Origin: a virus
DNA: 64,000 nucleotides
Virus record (IMG/VR): IMGVR_UViG_3300032285_001029
Span: 32,001-96,000 of that record
Direction: 5' to 3' (one strand)
Shown here: positions 9,585 through 20,500 of the stretch, one piece after another
How the letters are laid out: each line of letters opens with the position of its first letter
Numbering within the stretch: the stretch's first letter is position 1
Position numbers and translations under genes: made by a program
Notes under the pieces: generated by a model
Seen by the model: the letters and a program-made list of their open reading frames with translations, nothing else
Databases searched by the model: none
What the model was told of the DNA's origin: nothing

Positions 9585-11060
9585 ATGCCAAGAATTAGCC
9601 TCTATCGCCCGGAAAAGGGCAACGACTATAAGTTTATGGATAAAAACATAAGTGAAATGTTCACTGTGGGTGGTACAGATTTGTACTTTCATAAACTATT
9701 AGGTACTTTGAATCCAACAACTGGCACTGCTGATCAGCCAATTTATGCTAGTCAAAGTGTAACCAACATACAAGATCTGTTATTTTTAGAAAATCGTGAT
9801 AGGAAATACGATCCTGAAATTTACAGAATACGTGGACATTATCAAGTTCAGAATCTAGATTGGAATCTAAGCCAATTTGGACTATTTTTAGAAAATGATA
9901 CGATTAATATGACTATTCATATTAATGATATTATCAGTACTATTGGACGAAAACCTATGAGTGGGGATGTATTTGAATTACCTCACTTGGCTGATTATTA
10001 TGCATTTAACGACTTAGCTTATGCATTACCTAGATATTTTGTTATTACAGATGTTAACAATGCAACCGAAGGTTATAGTCCATCTTGGTTTCCACATTTA
10101 TATAGATTAAAATGTAAAAAAATCACAGACAGTCAACAGTTTGCTGATATTTTAAATCTACAAATGACTGATGCTAACGGAGATCCTGTAGTTGATAGCT
10201 TAGGCAATCCGGTAACAGTTAAAGATTCTATCAGTCAACTAGCTACTAATCTTGCTGTAAATGATGCCGTTGTTGCGCAGGCTGCGGCAGATGCTCCTAA
10301 GAGTGGTTTTGAAACTCGTCAATTTTTTACACTGGCTGTCGATGAGCATGGTAAACCTACTATTAATACGGCAGATGAATATACTAATTTAGATGCTAGT
10401 AACACCGACATAAATGCAAATGACAGTTTAGGTGTTCCGCAAAGAACGGGTTATACAGGTTACCTTGTAGGCGATGGTATTCCTAGTAATGGCTATGCAT
10501 TTGGATTTGGTATACAGTTTCCTGCTAATCCACAAAAGGATGATTTCTTTTTAAGAACAGATTTTTTACCTAACAGACTATTTCAGTTTAATGGTCGTAG
10601 TTGGTCTGTGCTTGAAGATGCAGTACGCATGGATCTAAGTAATACTGATACTAGACAGACGTTAAAAACTAGTTTTATTAATAATACAGATTACATTTAT
10701 AATGATGCAGTAATTCAAACTTATGTTACATATACTGTTGAAGAAATACAAGCTGGTATTAATATAATACGAACTAAAAAACCATATCTTTCAAGTTATC
10801 AAACAGTTCCTTATATATCTTTGAAAATAGATGCATTTAGTTTAAGCTTTGCTATTGATGATTACGATGGCAGTTTAGTAACTTCTTATTTGGATACGAA
10901 TCCTAACAGCAACACTTATAATCAAACATTGATGCAGATTACGCTTCCAGATAGTAAAACATTGCCGTATGCAGGGCAATGGCAAGCGGGGTTATATAAC
11001 AACAGAGAAGCGGTACGTCAGAGTTTAAGTACAGTTTTAAAACCTAAGGCAGATTTCTAA
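9585..11060 (+). CDS. gp14: Neck / head-closure protein (gp14-like) with C-terminal extension
   Basis: IQDLLFLENRDRKY...LSQFGLFL...GRKPMSGDVFELPH...WFPHLYRLKC. Start is 9585 or 9579. Confidence 0.75.
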   Translation: MPRISLYRPEKGNDYKFMDKNISEMFTVGGTDLYFHKLLGTLNPTTGTADQPIYASQSVTNIQDLLFLENRDRKYDPEIYRIRGHYQVQNLDWNLSQFGLFLENDTINMTIHINDIISTIGRKPMSGDVFELPHLADYYAFNDLAYALPRYFVITDVNNATEGYSPSWFPHLYRLKCKKITDSQQFADILNLQMTDANGDPVVDSLGNPVTVKDSISQLATNLAVNDAVVAQAAADAPKSGFETRQFFTLAVDEHGKPTINTADEYTNLDASNTDINANDSLGVPQRTGYTGYLVGDGIPSNGYAFGFGIQFPANPQKDDFFLRTDFLPNRLFQFNGRSWSVLEDAVRMDLSNTDTRQTLKTSFINNTDYIYNDAVIQTYVTYTVEEIQAGINIIRTKKPYLSSYQTVPYISLKIDAFSLSFAIDDYDGSLVTSYLDTNPNSNTYNQTLMQITLPDSKTLPYAGQWQAGLYNNREAVRQSLSTVLKPKADF

Positions 11061-12508
11061 TGCAATATTTTTACGATGGTCAGATAAGGCGATATCTAAC
11101 ACAGACTATACGTGTGTTCAGTAACTTTGTAGTCAAATATGGTGATGGTACACTACATCGTGTGCCAGTGTTATACGGTGATCCAGATCGTCAGGTAGCC
11201 AGTATTATGACGCAGAACAGTGCTTCGACGCTGCCTAGTGCTCCAAGAATAGCAGTTTACATAACTGGATTAGAATTAGATACAAATAGACTGGCTGATC
11301 AAACATTTGTAGGAAAAATGCATATTAGAGAACGCGATGTAGACCCAGCAAGTTCTACATATACGCACGGTCAAGGTCGTAATTATACCGTTGAACGCTT
11401 AATGCCTACTCCCTTTAAATTAACAATGAAGGTAGATATTTGGTCTACAAGTACTGAACAGAAATTACAGATATTGGAGCAGATATTAGTGTTGTTTAAT
11501 CCTAGTTTAGAGATACAAACAACCGATAACTATGTTGATTGGACTAGTTTAAGTGTACTCAATCTTACACAAACTAATTGGTCCAGCAGAAGTGTTCCTG
11601 TTGGCACTGATAGTCCTATAGATATTGCTTCATTAACATTAACTGCACCTATCTTTATTAGTCCTCCAGTTAAGGTTAAGCACTTAGGTGTTATTACAAA
11701 AATTATTACCAGCATTTATAGCCATGCAGAAACAGATAATAATACTTACATAGAAGGTTTAGGTCAGCCGTTAACTAGTCCTGGTACCACTTTTAGTGAT
11801 CTGCTAGACAGACAAGTCGTTACAATAACAGATTATCAGATACAGGTCTTTAACAACCAGGCATTGCTAATGGCTCCAAGCGAAAATACTATTCCACAGG
11901 AACCTAGTCTAGAACCTACAGTAAAATTAGGACCTAGTATAAACTGGGACACTGTGCTCAATCGTTATCCTGGAAAATATATTGCAGGTTCTAGTACAAT
12001 ATATCTATTACAACCTAGTGGTAGTTATATAGTCGGAACTGTAGCAGTTAATCCTACAGATAATACTGTGTTACAAATTGCTTGGGATTTGACAACCTTG
12101 CCCAGTGATACACTAATCGACAGTAATGGCCTAATGTATCCAGACCCAGATTACGGCGCTGGTACACAATACAGATCAAGTCCTGGAAATTTTGATGCTA
12201 TCATTAATCCGTACAATGTATATCCAGGGCATGGAATGACTGATATAGAAGCGGGTGATCGATTCTTAATTGTAGAAGATATTCCTTCAAATGGTTCTGC
12301 TTGGGATGGATTCGTGGCCCTAGCAAACGATATTATCGAATATACTGGTTCTGAATGGCATGTAGTTTTTGCCAGCAGTCAGATTACAGACATGATTGTC
12401 TATCAGACTAATATATACACTGGGATACAGTACATCTGGAATGGTGTAACTTGGTCCAAGAGTTACGAAGGTGAATATAAGGCTGGTCAATGGCAACTGG
12501 AACTGTAA
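11060..12508 (+). CDS. gp15: Tail terminator / sheath stabiliser (gp15-like) with C-terminal extension
   Basis: YFYDGQIRRY...FSNF...VPVLYG...PTPFKL...QKLQILEQILVLFNP. Confidence 0.85.
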   Translation: MQYFYDGQIRRYLTQTIRVFSNFVVKYGDGTLHRVPVLYGDPDRQVASIMTQNSASTLPSAPRIAVYITGLELDTNRLADQTFVGKMHIRERDVDPASSTYTHGQGRNYTVERLMPTPFKLTMKVDIWSTSTEQKLQILEQILVLFNPSLEIQTTDNYVDWTSLSVLNLTQTNWSSRSVPVGTDSPIDIASLTLTAPIFISPPVKVKHLGVITKIITSIYSHAETDNNTYIEGLGQPLTSPGTTFSDLLDRQVVTITDYQIQVFNNQALLMAPSENTIPQEPSLEPTVKLGPSINWDTVLNRYPGKYIAGSSTIYLLQPSGSYIVGTVAVNPTDNTVLQIAWDLTTLPSDTLIDSNGLMYPDPDYGAGTQYRSSPGNFDAIINPYNVYPGHGMTDIEAGDRFLIVEDIPSNGSAWDGFVALANDIIEYTGSEWHVVFASSQITDMIVYQTNIYTGIQYIWNGVTWSKSYEGEYKAGQWQLEL

Positions 12509-12939
12509 CAGATAGAATAGTTTGTAGTGGTGCATTATTTTATGCAAAAACAACTAAACGAGTTTTATTACTGCAAAAGTCTGCAGGTAAACATCAAGGA
12601 ACTTGGGGCTTAGTTGGGGGCACAAACATCGAAGGAGAAACTGCTTGGCAAGGGTTACTTCGAGAAGTTCAAGAAGAAATTGGACAAGTTCCTAAAATTA
12701 TTAAAACTATTCCTTTAGAAACATTTGTTAGTGGAGACAGGGTGTTTCACTTTCACACATATCTCTGCGTTATTTCCGATGAATTTGTTCCTATACTTAG
12801 CGACGAACACATGGGCTGGGCGTGGGCTAGTTTAAATCATGTGCCTAAACCATTACATCAAGGACTGAAAAATAGCTTTACTAATAAGATTATCAAAACA
12901 AAACTTCAAACGATTTTTGATATGCTAGAACTAATCTAG
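12490..12939 (+). CDS. NUDIX hydrolase
   Basis: Nudix box GGTNIEGETAWQGLLREVQEEIG (GX5EX7REUXEEXG). Confidence 0.9.
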   Translation: MATGTVTDRIVCSGALFYAKTTKRVLLLQKSAGKHQGTWGLVGGTNIEGETAWQGLLREVQEEIGQVPKIIKTIPLETFVSGDRVFHFHTYLCVISDEFVPILSDEHMGWAWASLNHVPKPLHQGLKNSFTNKIIKTKLQTIFDMLELI

Positions 12940-12949
12940 CATATCAAAA

Positions 12950-15900
12950 TTATGCAGTTGGAAATAATGTTCTTGGCAATGCAGGTCTATCTGTGCCAAT
13001 GTGTGTCATAACTGCAAGGCTAACTGACTGTGTAGTTCCAGTTATAGAAGTTAAGTTAGCTTGACTACCAGTTGCAATGGCTGCTGCACCAACAGACGCG
13101 GATACAGTCATCGAATATCCATCTAGTGTTTTAATATAGTAAGTAGTACCGCCTCCTACACTACCAAATCCGCCGCTAAAACTAATAGGCTGATTTGGAT
13201 GCAATCTTGTTAGATCACCAGTAAAATAAATTATATAAGTGTCTGAACTTACTAGTGTAATGGTATAAGGATCAAACTGTACCGCTCTAGTTTCATATCG
13301 CGGAAACATTGTAAATCTAAAATCGTGTAAATGTCCGGTCCAACCAGTAACTACAGATTGTGTATAATCTGCCCCTATTGTAAAGTCAGCAGTAGCATAA
13401 TCTAAATCTCCATTTTCAGTAGTTGGGCCTTGTCCGCCTGGATAAGTTCCAGTTCTAGTAGTTGGAAATGCATTGACATATATACCATTAATAAACCAGT
13501 AGAATATACCACCTTTACGCATCATACAAATGTAATCCATAGCTTTGCTAGTAACTGTACTGACTAGATATGTGCTAGGATTATAGTCAAAATATCCTTG
13601 AGTATTAGTGCTAGCTAATCCTGTACCGCCACCAGAAGCTTGCCTAAATCTCCAGTAACCTGTGGGATTAATCTGTGCTGCCATGTTGTTTGCATAGAGC
13701 CAAAGCACATTACCTACGGAAGCATTAATAGCACGACCTCCTGCTGTAGTGTCCATATGATTAACCCAACATTCGACAGTAAAATCTTGATATCGTGTAT
13801 CTGGCCTGAATGCTTGATATTCTTGAGCTGTGAATATTATGTAGTCGGTCTGAACAGTAGTATCATAATTCATAAATGTCATAGTAGAATTAGCACCATA
13901 TCGCTTGGTTCTGTAGTTAGGTCTGCCAGCAGAGCCATAACTATAGTGCGGCCATCTATGACATGCATCGGCAAATGGAAAATGATGATTAACTAACTGT
14001 ACACTATACTGATCATAAGCCCAAAAAGCGGTAGGAATTGTATATGTTGTAGAATCATTATTATATCTAGCTATATTGCTTATTCGGGCTGGGCCTGTTC
14101 TGCTGTCACTGGCAAGTCGATACGTCTGCCAAGTCTTCTGCCCAGGTGTTAGTGTTGTTGCAGTAGCAACTCTGTATCCATTAATAAACATGGCTATCTT
14201 ATTAGTCCTAGTTGGATCCCACACTACAGCTATATGATTGAAGCAATGACTCTTCCAATAGCTAGTCGCATATCCTGTAGTATAAATTCTTTGAACACCG
14301 CTGTTATGTGCAGTCCAAAATTCAAATGTAACATCATTCCAACTATTGCTAGCATTACTACGATCTCTGATAATCCTAAATCCTTCGTGACCTGCTGATG
14401 TAGCTGTATATAAGATTTGAATAGTTTCTGTCGGACTAGCAGGATTACTTATACTAGACCATATCCACATTTCCGCAGTCCATGCGCTGCTCAGTCTAGT
14501 TATAAAACTAAGTTCGTGATATACGCTGTCATTTTGTACAGGACCTGTACTATACCATTCAGAACCGCTGCTAGTAGACCCGTATGCATGTGCATTATAG
14601 TCAAATGGAATGCCACTGTATGGACTCCAAGACTGTATATATGGATTCCAAGCACTGGTGAAATTACCATCAGTTCGTCCGCCTGTATCTATATAATTAT
14701 TAGCAGGACTAGCGTCTCTATAGGTCGGATATTGGGCTGACCATAAACAAACAGTACTAGATGTAACTGGTAAAAATGTTGTAGGTACTTGAAAATATTC
14801 TGGATTAGATGAGCTAGTTCCCGGTCCAGACGCAGTATAAGAACCGTATGCTGCGGTTGTCTTACATACTCTAAAATCGCAGAAAGCGCCATTAAATCGT
14901 CTGCTATAGTCTGTACCTGAGTATTGATCGTTGCCTATGACAATTCTACTATTTTGTGGAGCAGCAAGACTTGCAGTAAATACAACTTCGCTACGCTTAC
15001 GACCATTTACATAGAACGCTAGCATTCCATTGACTCGTTGTAGACAAATGTGTGTCCATACAAAGTGTCGAAGTAATGTGTAATTGTCGAGCAATATTAT
15101 TCTACCAGCATACCAAACTTCAAGTTTACCTTGATAGTTCTGTCTAATAGCAAATTGAGTATCTGTATAGCCAGATCTTAAAGACAGTAGATAATTATAT
15201 GTGGTTGTAAAATATTGAAATTCGTTGAAATTTCTATTGTAACACCAAAATTCCATACTAAAATCGCCAGTACCGAATGTAAAGTTAGTGCCGCTATCAA
15301 CAATACTAATTTTATCTTGACTACTATCTCTATACATAAGTCCACTATGACCGTGGCGATGTGTAGGAGAACCTATTCCGGTACGCAATTCATTGTTTGC
15401 ACGACGTGGAAATACATATCGTGTAGTTCCATAATCGATAAGATAATCAAAAATTCCAGCTGGTAAAGTTGCACCGTTATTGGCAGTAGTTCCAAACATC
15501 ATCCAAGTGTTTGCATCTACGGTCATACTAGTATCTAAGAATGTAACAGCACCACTACTAGGTTCTACAGTTGTACCAAATGGAGTACCTGGCGTATATC
15601 TTGCTGTTCCAGAAACTCTAAGCCCTGCATAATACATGTAAGAGTTAAACTGTGCATTTCTGCTGTTAAGAATGATAGCGTAATCTGTGTTGTTATAGTT
15701 AGTGCTTACTGTACCGGTATATGCAACTGCACCATTTACCCACATACCAAATCCGCTGGCTAGTGTGTTAACTCTGGCAGCTGCCACATGATACCAAGCA
15801 CCTTGTGTCATTGAATTATTAGGGCTTGAGTTAAGACTGGCGTTAACATCCGACCAGCGTAAATATCCGCTGCTATCAATCCAAAAACTCCAACCAGTAC

Positions 15901-17143
15901 CAGATGTATCATTACCAGTACCCTTGCCCATAATTCCACGATTGCTACCGTCATTGACAATCAGATAAACCCAACATTCAACTGTAAATTGACCTGTGCC
16001 GAACTGTAGATTTCTTGCCGGATTAACATCATATACTCTATAATATGGATTACCTTCTTGATGGGGAGCTAAACTATAAGCACCATTACCAGTTAATTTT
16101 GCAGTATTGACTAGGAACGGACTATCAATGATTCGACGAATATACGTTCCGCCTCTTGTAATGGTCAATCCCTGTAATTGATTAGTTACTATAGTATCAT
16201 GATGCGGTTTCAACATGCTTATGCATAATACCGTACCTGTTAATGTCTGACTTAGTGCGGCGGTCGGTGCTGTGAATATACTAGCGCCAACAGTTACACT
16301 AGCTGTTGAATATACTGCAGTATTATTGATTCTAATATCAGTTAGTAATCCCCAGAAACCAGTGGCTGCAGTTCGATCAGCACCTATATATAATGTTTCT
16401 GTTGAAGTATAGTTACCTGAACTTGTACCTACGCCATCTAATACACCATTAATAAAGATACGAAGACCGTTAGTAGCGGTGCTACTACGAACGATAGCTA
16501 CGTGATACCATGTGTCTCTAGATAATGCAGTCGCACCCGTAGTAGTTGTATTGCCTTGTGCATCGTAGTAAAACATGAAATAACCGGAAGTTAGCCCAAT
16601 TACCCATCCATTACCAGAAGTTACGCCTGCTTGATTGCCTTTACCCATAACATAGTGTTGGGTAGCATCTTGTCGCAATCCTTTGTACCAAAATTCTATC
16701 GTGAAATTGCTAGTACCTAGGCGTAAGTTTGCAGTATCAGTTACGTTATAATAGTCGCCTTCATGAAATTTACTAGCCCAGTCTCTGTAGCGTGGACCAA
16801 AATATGTTGTACTTGGATTACGATTATTTGCTTGGGTTGCTAGATATACATCCCAGAAGTTACCTGACTGATCATGTAGTAAACTAGAGTTATACTGTGA
16901 ATCAGTTAAATGAACTAACGTCATGTTTATATACGGGTCTGTTAAACCTGTAGTCTTAGGATCCGTAACACCGCCTACTCTGTTCCACTGTGGTCTAGGA
17001 ACCTCGTATCCGTTAGTTGTATACGATACTTCTGCATCTAGTTTTGACAACATGACGTCGTCGCTGGTATATACGCCACTTCGACTGTAGCTTCTTTGAG
17101 CTAATCTTTTACCAACAACTCCACCGTTTCTTCTTGTACGCAT
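12950..17143 (-). CDS. Multi-LamG/ConA-like lectin-domain virion protein (candidate receptor-binding), paralog B
   Basis: Repeated FTIEFW/FTVECW...WYHVA..R......FINGV...D.R LamG motifs (about 5 domains); collinear with 17559..21707. Confidence 0.8.
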   Translation of the reverse strand: MRTRRNGGVVGKRLAQRSYSRSGVYTSDDVMLSKLDAEVSYTTNGYEVPRPQWNRVGGVTDPKTTGLTDPYINMTLVHLTDSQYNSSLLHDQSGNFWDVYLATQANNRNPSTTYFGPRYRDWASKFHEGDYYNVTDTANLRLGTSNFTIEFWYKGLRQDATQHYVMGKGNQAGVTSGNGWVIGLTSGYFMFYYDAQGNTTTTGATALSRDTWYHVAIVRSSTATNGLRIFINGVLDGVGTSSGNYTSTETLYIGADRTAATGFWGLLTDIRINNTAVYSTASVTVGASIFTAPTAALSQTLTGTVLCISMLKPHHDTIVTNQLQGLTITRGGTYIRRIIDSPFLVNTAKLTGNGAYSLAPHQEGNPYYRVYDVNPARNLQFGTGQFTVECWVYLIVNDGSNRGIMGKGTGNDTSGTGWSFWIDSSGYLRWSDVNASLNSSPNNSMTQGAWYHVAAARVNTLASGFGMWVNGAVAYTGTVSTNYNNTDYAIILNSRNAQFNSYMYYAGLRVSGTARYTPGTPFGTTVEPSSGAVTFLDTSMTVDANTWMMFGTTANNGATLPAGIFDYLIDYGTTRYVFPRRANNELRTGIGSPTHRHGHSGLMYRDSSQDKISIVDSGTNFTFGTGDFSMEFWCYNRNFNEFQYFTTTYNYLLSLRSGYTDTQFAIRQNYQGKLEVWYAGRIILLDNYTLLRHFVWTHICLQRVNGMLAFYVNGRKRSEVVFTASLAAPQNSRIVIGNDQYSGTDYSRRFNGAFCDFRVCKTTAAYGSYTASGPGTSSSNPEYFQVPTTFLPVTSSTVCLWSAQYPTYRDASPANNYIDTGGRTDGNFTSAWNPYIQSWSPYSGIPFDYNAHAYGSTSSGSEWYSTGPVQNDSVYHELSFITRLSSAWTAEMWIWSSISNPASPTETIQILYTATSAGHEGFRIIRDRSNASNSWNDVTFEFWTAHNSGVQRIYTTGYATSYWKSHCFNHIAVVWDPTRTNKIAMFINGYRVATATTLTPGQKTWQTYRLASDSRTGPARISNIARYNNDSTTYTIPTAFWAYDQYSVQLVNHHFPFADACHRWPHYSYGSAGRPNYRTKRYGANSTMTFMNYDTTVQTDYIIFTAQEYQAFRPDTRYQDFTVECWVNHMDTTAGGRAINASVGNVLWLYANNMAAQINPTGYWRFRQASGGGTGLASTNTQGYFDYNPSTYLVSTVTSKAMDYICMMRKGGIFYWFINGIYVNAFPTTRTGTYPGGQGPTTENGDLDYATADFTIGADYTQSVVTGWTGHLHDFRFTMFPRYETRAVQFDPYTITLVSSDTYIIYFTGDLTRLHPNQPISFSGGFGSVGGGTTYYIKTLDGYSMTVSASVGAAAIATGSQANLTSITGTTQSVSLAVMTHIGTDRPALPRTLFPTA

Positions 17144-17146
17144 TGT

Positions 17147-17533
17147 TTATCCTATAATATCATATGTGCAGGTAACAGTAATGGCATTATTTACTGACGA
17201 TTGTATTTGAAATGAGTCACCTTCTTGCAACCATATTTGAATGTCTCGAGCTATCAAGTTAGCTATACTACCATAAGGAATAGTCACAGTATTAAACATA
17301 GTGTAAGTCCCAGCTGTACTTAGCGGGGGTGTAGCTGAGTTGTTGGCTCGAACTAGATATATGGTTACATCTGAACTTGCTGTAGAAGTATTTGTAGCAA
17401 ACATGGAGTTTACTTTATACACTCGATTTGAGCCGGAACTATTTGAAAGAAAAGTAGCAGCACTACTAGTAGCTACTTGGGGTAGTGTTCCTGAATAAAT
17501 TATAGTGCTTAAAACTGTGTTCGGTGCTGACAT
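17147..17533 (-). CDS. Small beta-rich virion adaptor-like protein
   Basis: 128 aa; paralog of 21711..22115 (APN...KVN...N...LQEGDS.Q...TC.Y.II). Confidence 0.7.
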   Translation of the reverse strand: MSAPNTVLSTIIYSGTLPQVATSSAATFLSNSSGSNRVYKVNSMFATNTSTASSDVTIYLVRANNSATPPLSTAGTYTMFNTVTIPYGSIANLIARDIQIWLQEGDSFQIQSSVNNAITVTCTYDIIG

Positions 17534-17548
17534 GACATTTCCTAAACT

Positions 17549-17556
17549 TATTTATA
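17549..17556 (-). promoter_or_regulatory. Late promoter TATAAATA
   Basis: Exact consensus, followed by an AGGA RBS and the ATG at 17533. Confidence 0.8.
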
Positions 17557-17558
17557 AA

Positions 17559-20500
17559 TTAGTAACTTGGGAACAACGCGGTAGGTAATGCAAAGGTATC
17601 TGTTTGTGCATGACACATTGCACTTACTGTTTTATCTTGTGTTGTTGCTACAATCGATTGACCAGTAGTTGTACCTACCTGTACTGGAACTCCGCCTATA
17701 GTTGTAGCCACAGTTAAATTATTATCAAACACATTAGTTATGTAATATGTTGTACTACTTACAATATTACCAAAGTTACTAGCAAAAGTAACAGGTTGAG
17801 TCATTACACACAGATTATTCAAACTAGTAGTTGTTGTTATAATTGCACCACTACTGCTTGACACAGTAAATGTGATAGGAGTAAATCGCTTGGCTCTAGT
17901 TTCATAACGTGCAATTGCACTTACACGGAAATCTTGTATAAATCCTGCCCAGCTAATACCACTTTGACTGTAAGTATCATGAGCAATGTTTATAGTAGTA
18001 GTTCCTGGACTGCTGACATAGTCTGGATGACCTTGATCACCAGTTGTCTGCATACCTGTTCCGAACATGATAAATGCTTCAATACCATTGATATAAAAAT
18101 ACCATTCGCCGCCTCGACGCATTAGTACTAAATGATCAAATGTTCCACTAGTAGTAGTACTTGCATAGTATGTGCTAGGATTGTAATCATATCCAGTACT
18201 ATATGCAGAGTTACCGCTAAATGTTCCATTAGCTGGGTTAGTAGAGTTGCCGTTTAAAAATCTCCAATAGCCGCTGCTGTTAATCATAACAATAAGATTG
18301 TTACTATATTGCCACAATGCTCGACCTTGAGCACCGGTACCAGGTCCGCCAGCTGTGCTGTCCCAGTACATAGCCCAGCATTCCATAGTACAGTCGTTAA
18401 TGCGGAAGTCCATTAAATAATTGTATTGACCCCAGTGCTGTGCTAAAATGCGTTCGCATAATAGGGAAGGATTCTTTTGGCCAAATTTCATACTAGCATT
18501 GCCAAATCGCTTGTATTTGTAACTTGGAAGTACTCCATATTGCATTACACCAACTGCTGCACCTGCTTTGTTAGCAAAAGGTTCATCTACATCAATCAAT
18601 GAATAGGTATACTGATCGTAAGCCCATCGTGTAGTTGGCATTGTATAAGTGCCTGAATCGTTATTATATCGCGCAGTTGTACTAATACGTACTGGGCCTG
18701 TGCCTTGACCAGAGTGCTGCAGTCTGTAGGTATTCCACATTTTTTGCCCTTGTGTAAATGTACCACTAGTAGCAACACGGTATCCGTTAACGAATATAGC
18801 TAGCTTAGAACCTTTAGTATTATCCCAACATACAGCAATATGCCACCATGCATAGCCACTAGCGATATTACGCAGATAGTTACTGCTTGAATACATTCTC
18901 TGAACACCACTATTGTGAGCAGTCCACCATTCAAATGTAATATCACAATAGCTAGCACTGGTATTCGATTGATGAACTATGATACGCCACCCTTCGTGGC
19001 CGCCTGACGTAGCCGTATATAACGAGGCATAGTTATTACCTGGGCCTGGTGCACCAATCTGTGTCATATACACCCAGTGCCAGCATTCAATAGTCCATGG
19101 ATTATGATTAGTTAATCGCGTTATCCAGCTGTAATCGGGGTATGTACTATCACCACGCACTGGACCGTATGCATCCATTCCTCGAGCTGTATCTACAGCC
19201 TGTCCAAACATCTGCTTTGTTCTGTCCCAGTCTTGTATGCCTTGATATGGGCCATAAGAAACTGAGTAAATTTCAAAACTGTATGGGTTAGCTGGATCAT
19301 TAGGTCCACCTGGTTCTACACGTTGTTGTTGACCTGAAGCATCATAAAATCCGGAGTTTAATGCACTTATTAATAATGTACAATTACTGACAGCAGTTAA
19401 CGGATTTCTAGGAACTTCTATATAGTTAGGATTATAGTTGCCGGATGCATATGGTGCAGAACCGTTAACTACCCGAATATCGGAAAATCCGGTAGTTGCT
19501 CCACTGTCAGTTCTATGATTAGAACTATAACAGTTACCAATATAGAATCTACCAGACGGGCAAGTGATAGTTGTTGTATAAATGGTCTCTGCTCGTTTAC
19601 GACCGTTGACATAAATTGCTAGATTACCGTTTACTCGTTGAACAAGAATGTGATTCCAAATATTTGAACCGGAAAAATCTTCCCAAGTTGCTATAATAAT
19701 ATTATTGTTTCCGTGCAGTTCATAACTTTTACGAAAACTTCTTCTTAACCATAAGCCTGCATCACTATAAGCGGCCTGTGTACACCAAAGTGTTCTAAAT
19801 GTAGTATTATCCTGATCTAACCAGTGTGGCATGATCCACATTTCTACGCTAAAGTTATTAGTACTGAATGCAAAATTTGAACCATTCTGTGTAACTACTA
19901 ACTTAGTATTAGTATCTCTGTTTGGAAATGCACTGTGGCCCGTTCTACTGTAAGGATTGTAATTAGTTATAATCTCGCTACTATGTCTTACTGGGGCACA
20001 CCCCGACTGACCTGCATCTCGATAGTGCGATCCTCCATTGGCTGGATCTTGCGTACCAGTTGTTCCGATAAGATAGACGGTATTGGCATCTACAGCCATG
20101 CTACTGTCTTTAAATGTGGACAATTCAACGTTATATGGCGATCCGGAACCGCTGTAGCGACCAGTGTTACTAAGTCTTAAACCGCAAATATATCCATTCC
20201 AGTTAGAGTACTGATTATTTCTGCTATTGCCGATAACCATTGTCTCAGTTCCGGAATAGTCAGTGCTGACTGTACCTTGATAAGTTAAGTTACCATTAAC
20301 ATAAATGTAAAACTGATTAGCGGCAGTACCTACTCTACTAGCAGCAATGTGATACCACCCACCGAATCTAATAGGATTATTAGGGCTGCAATTAATTGCC
20401 TGCGAGGCATCGTCCCAACGAACATATCCGCTACTATCGACCCATAGACTCCACCCACTACCGCTGCTAGTATTACCACTACCTTTTCCAATAATTCCGT

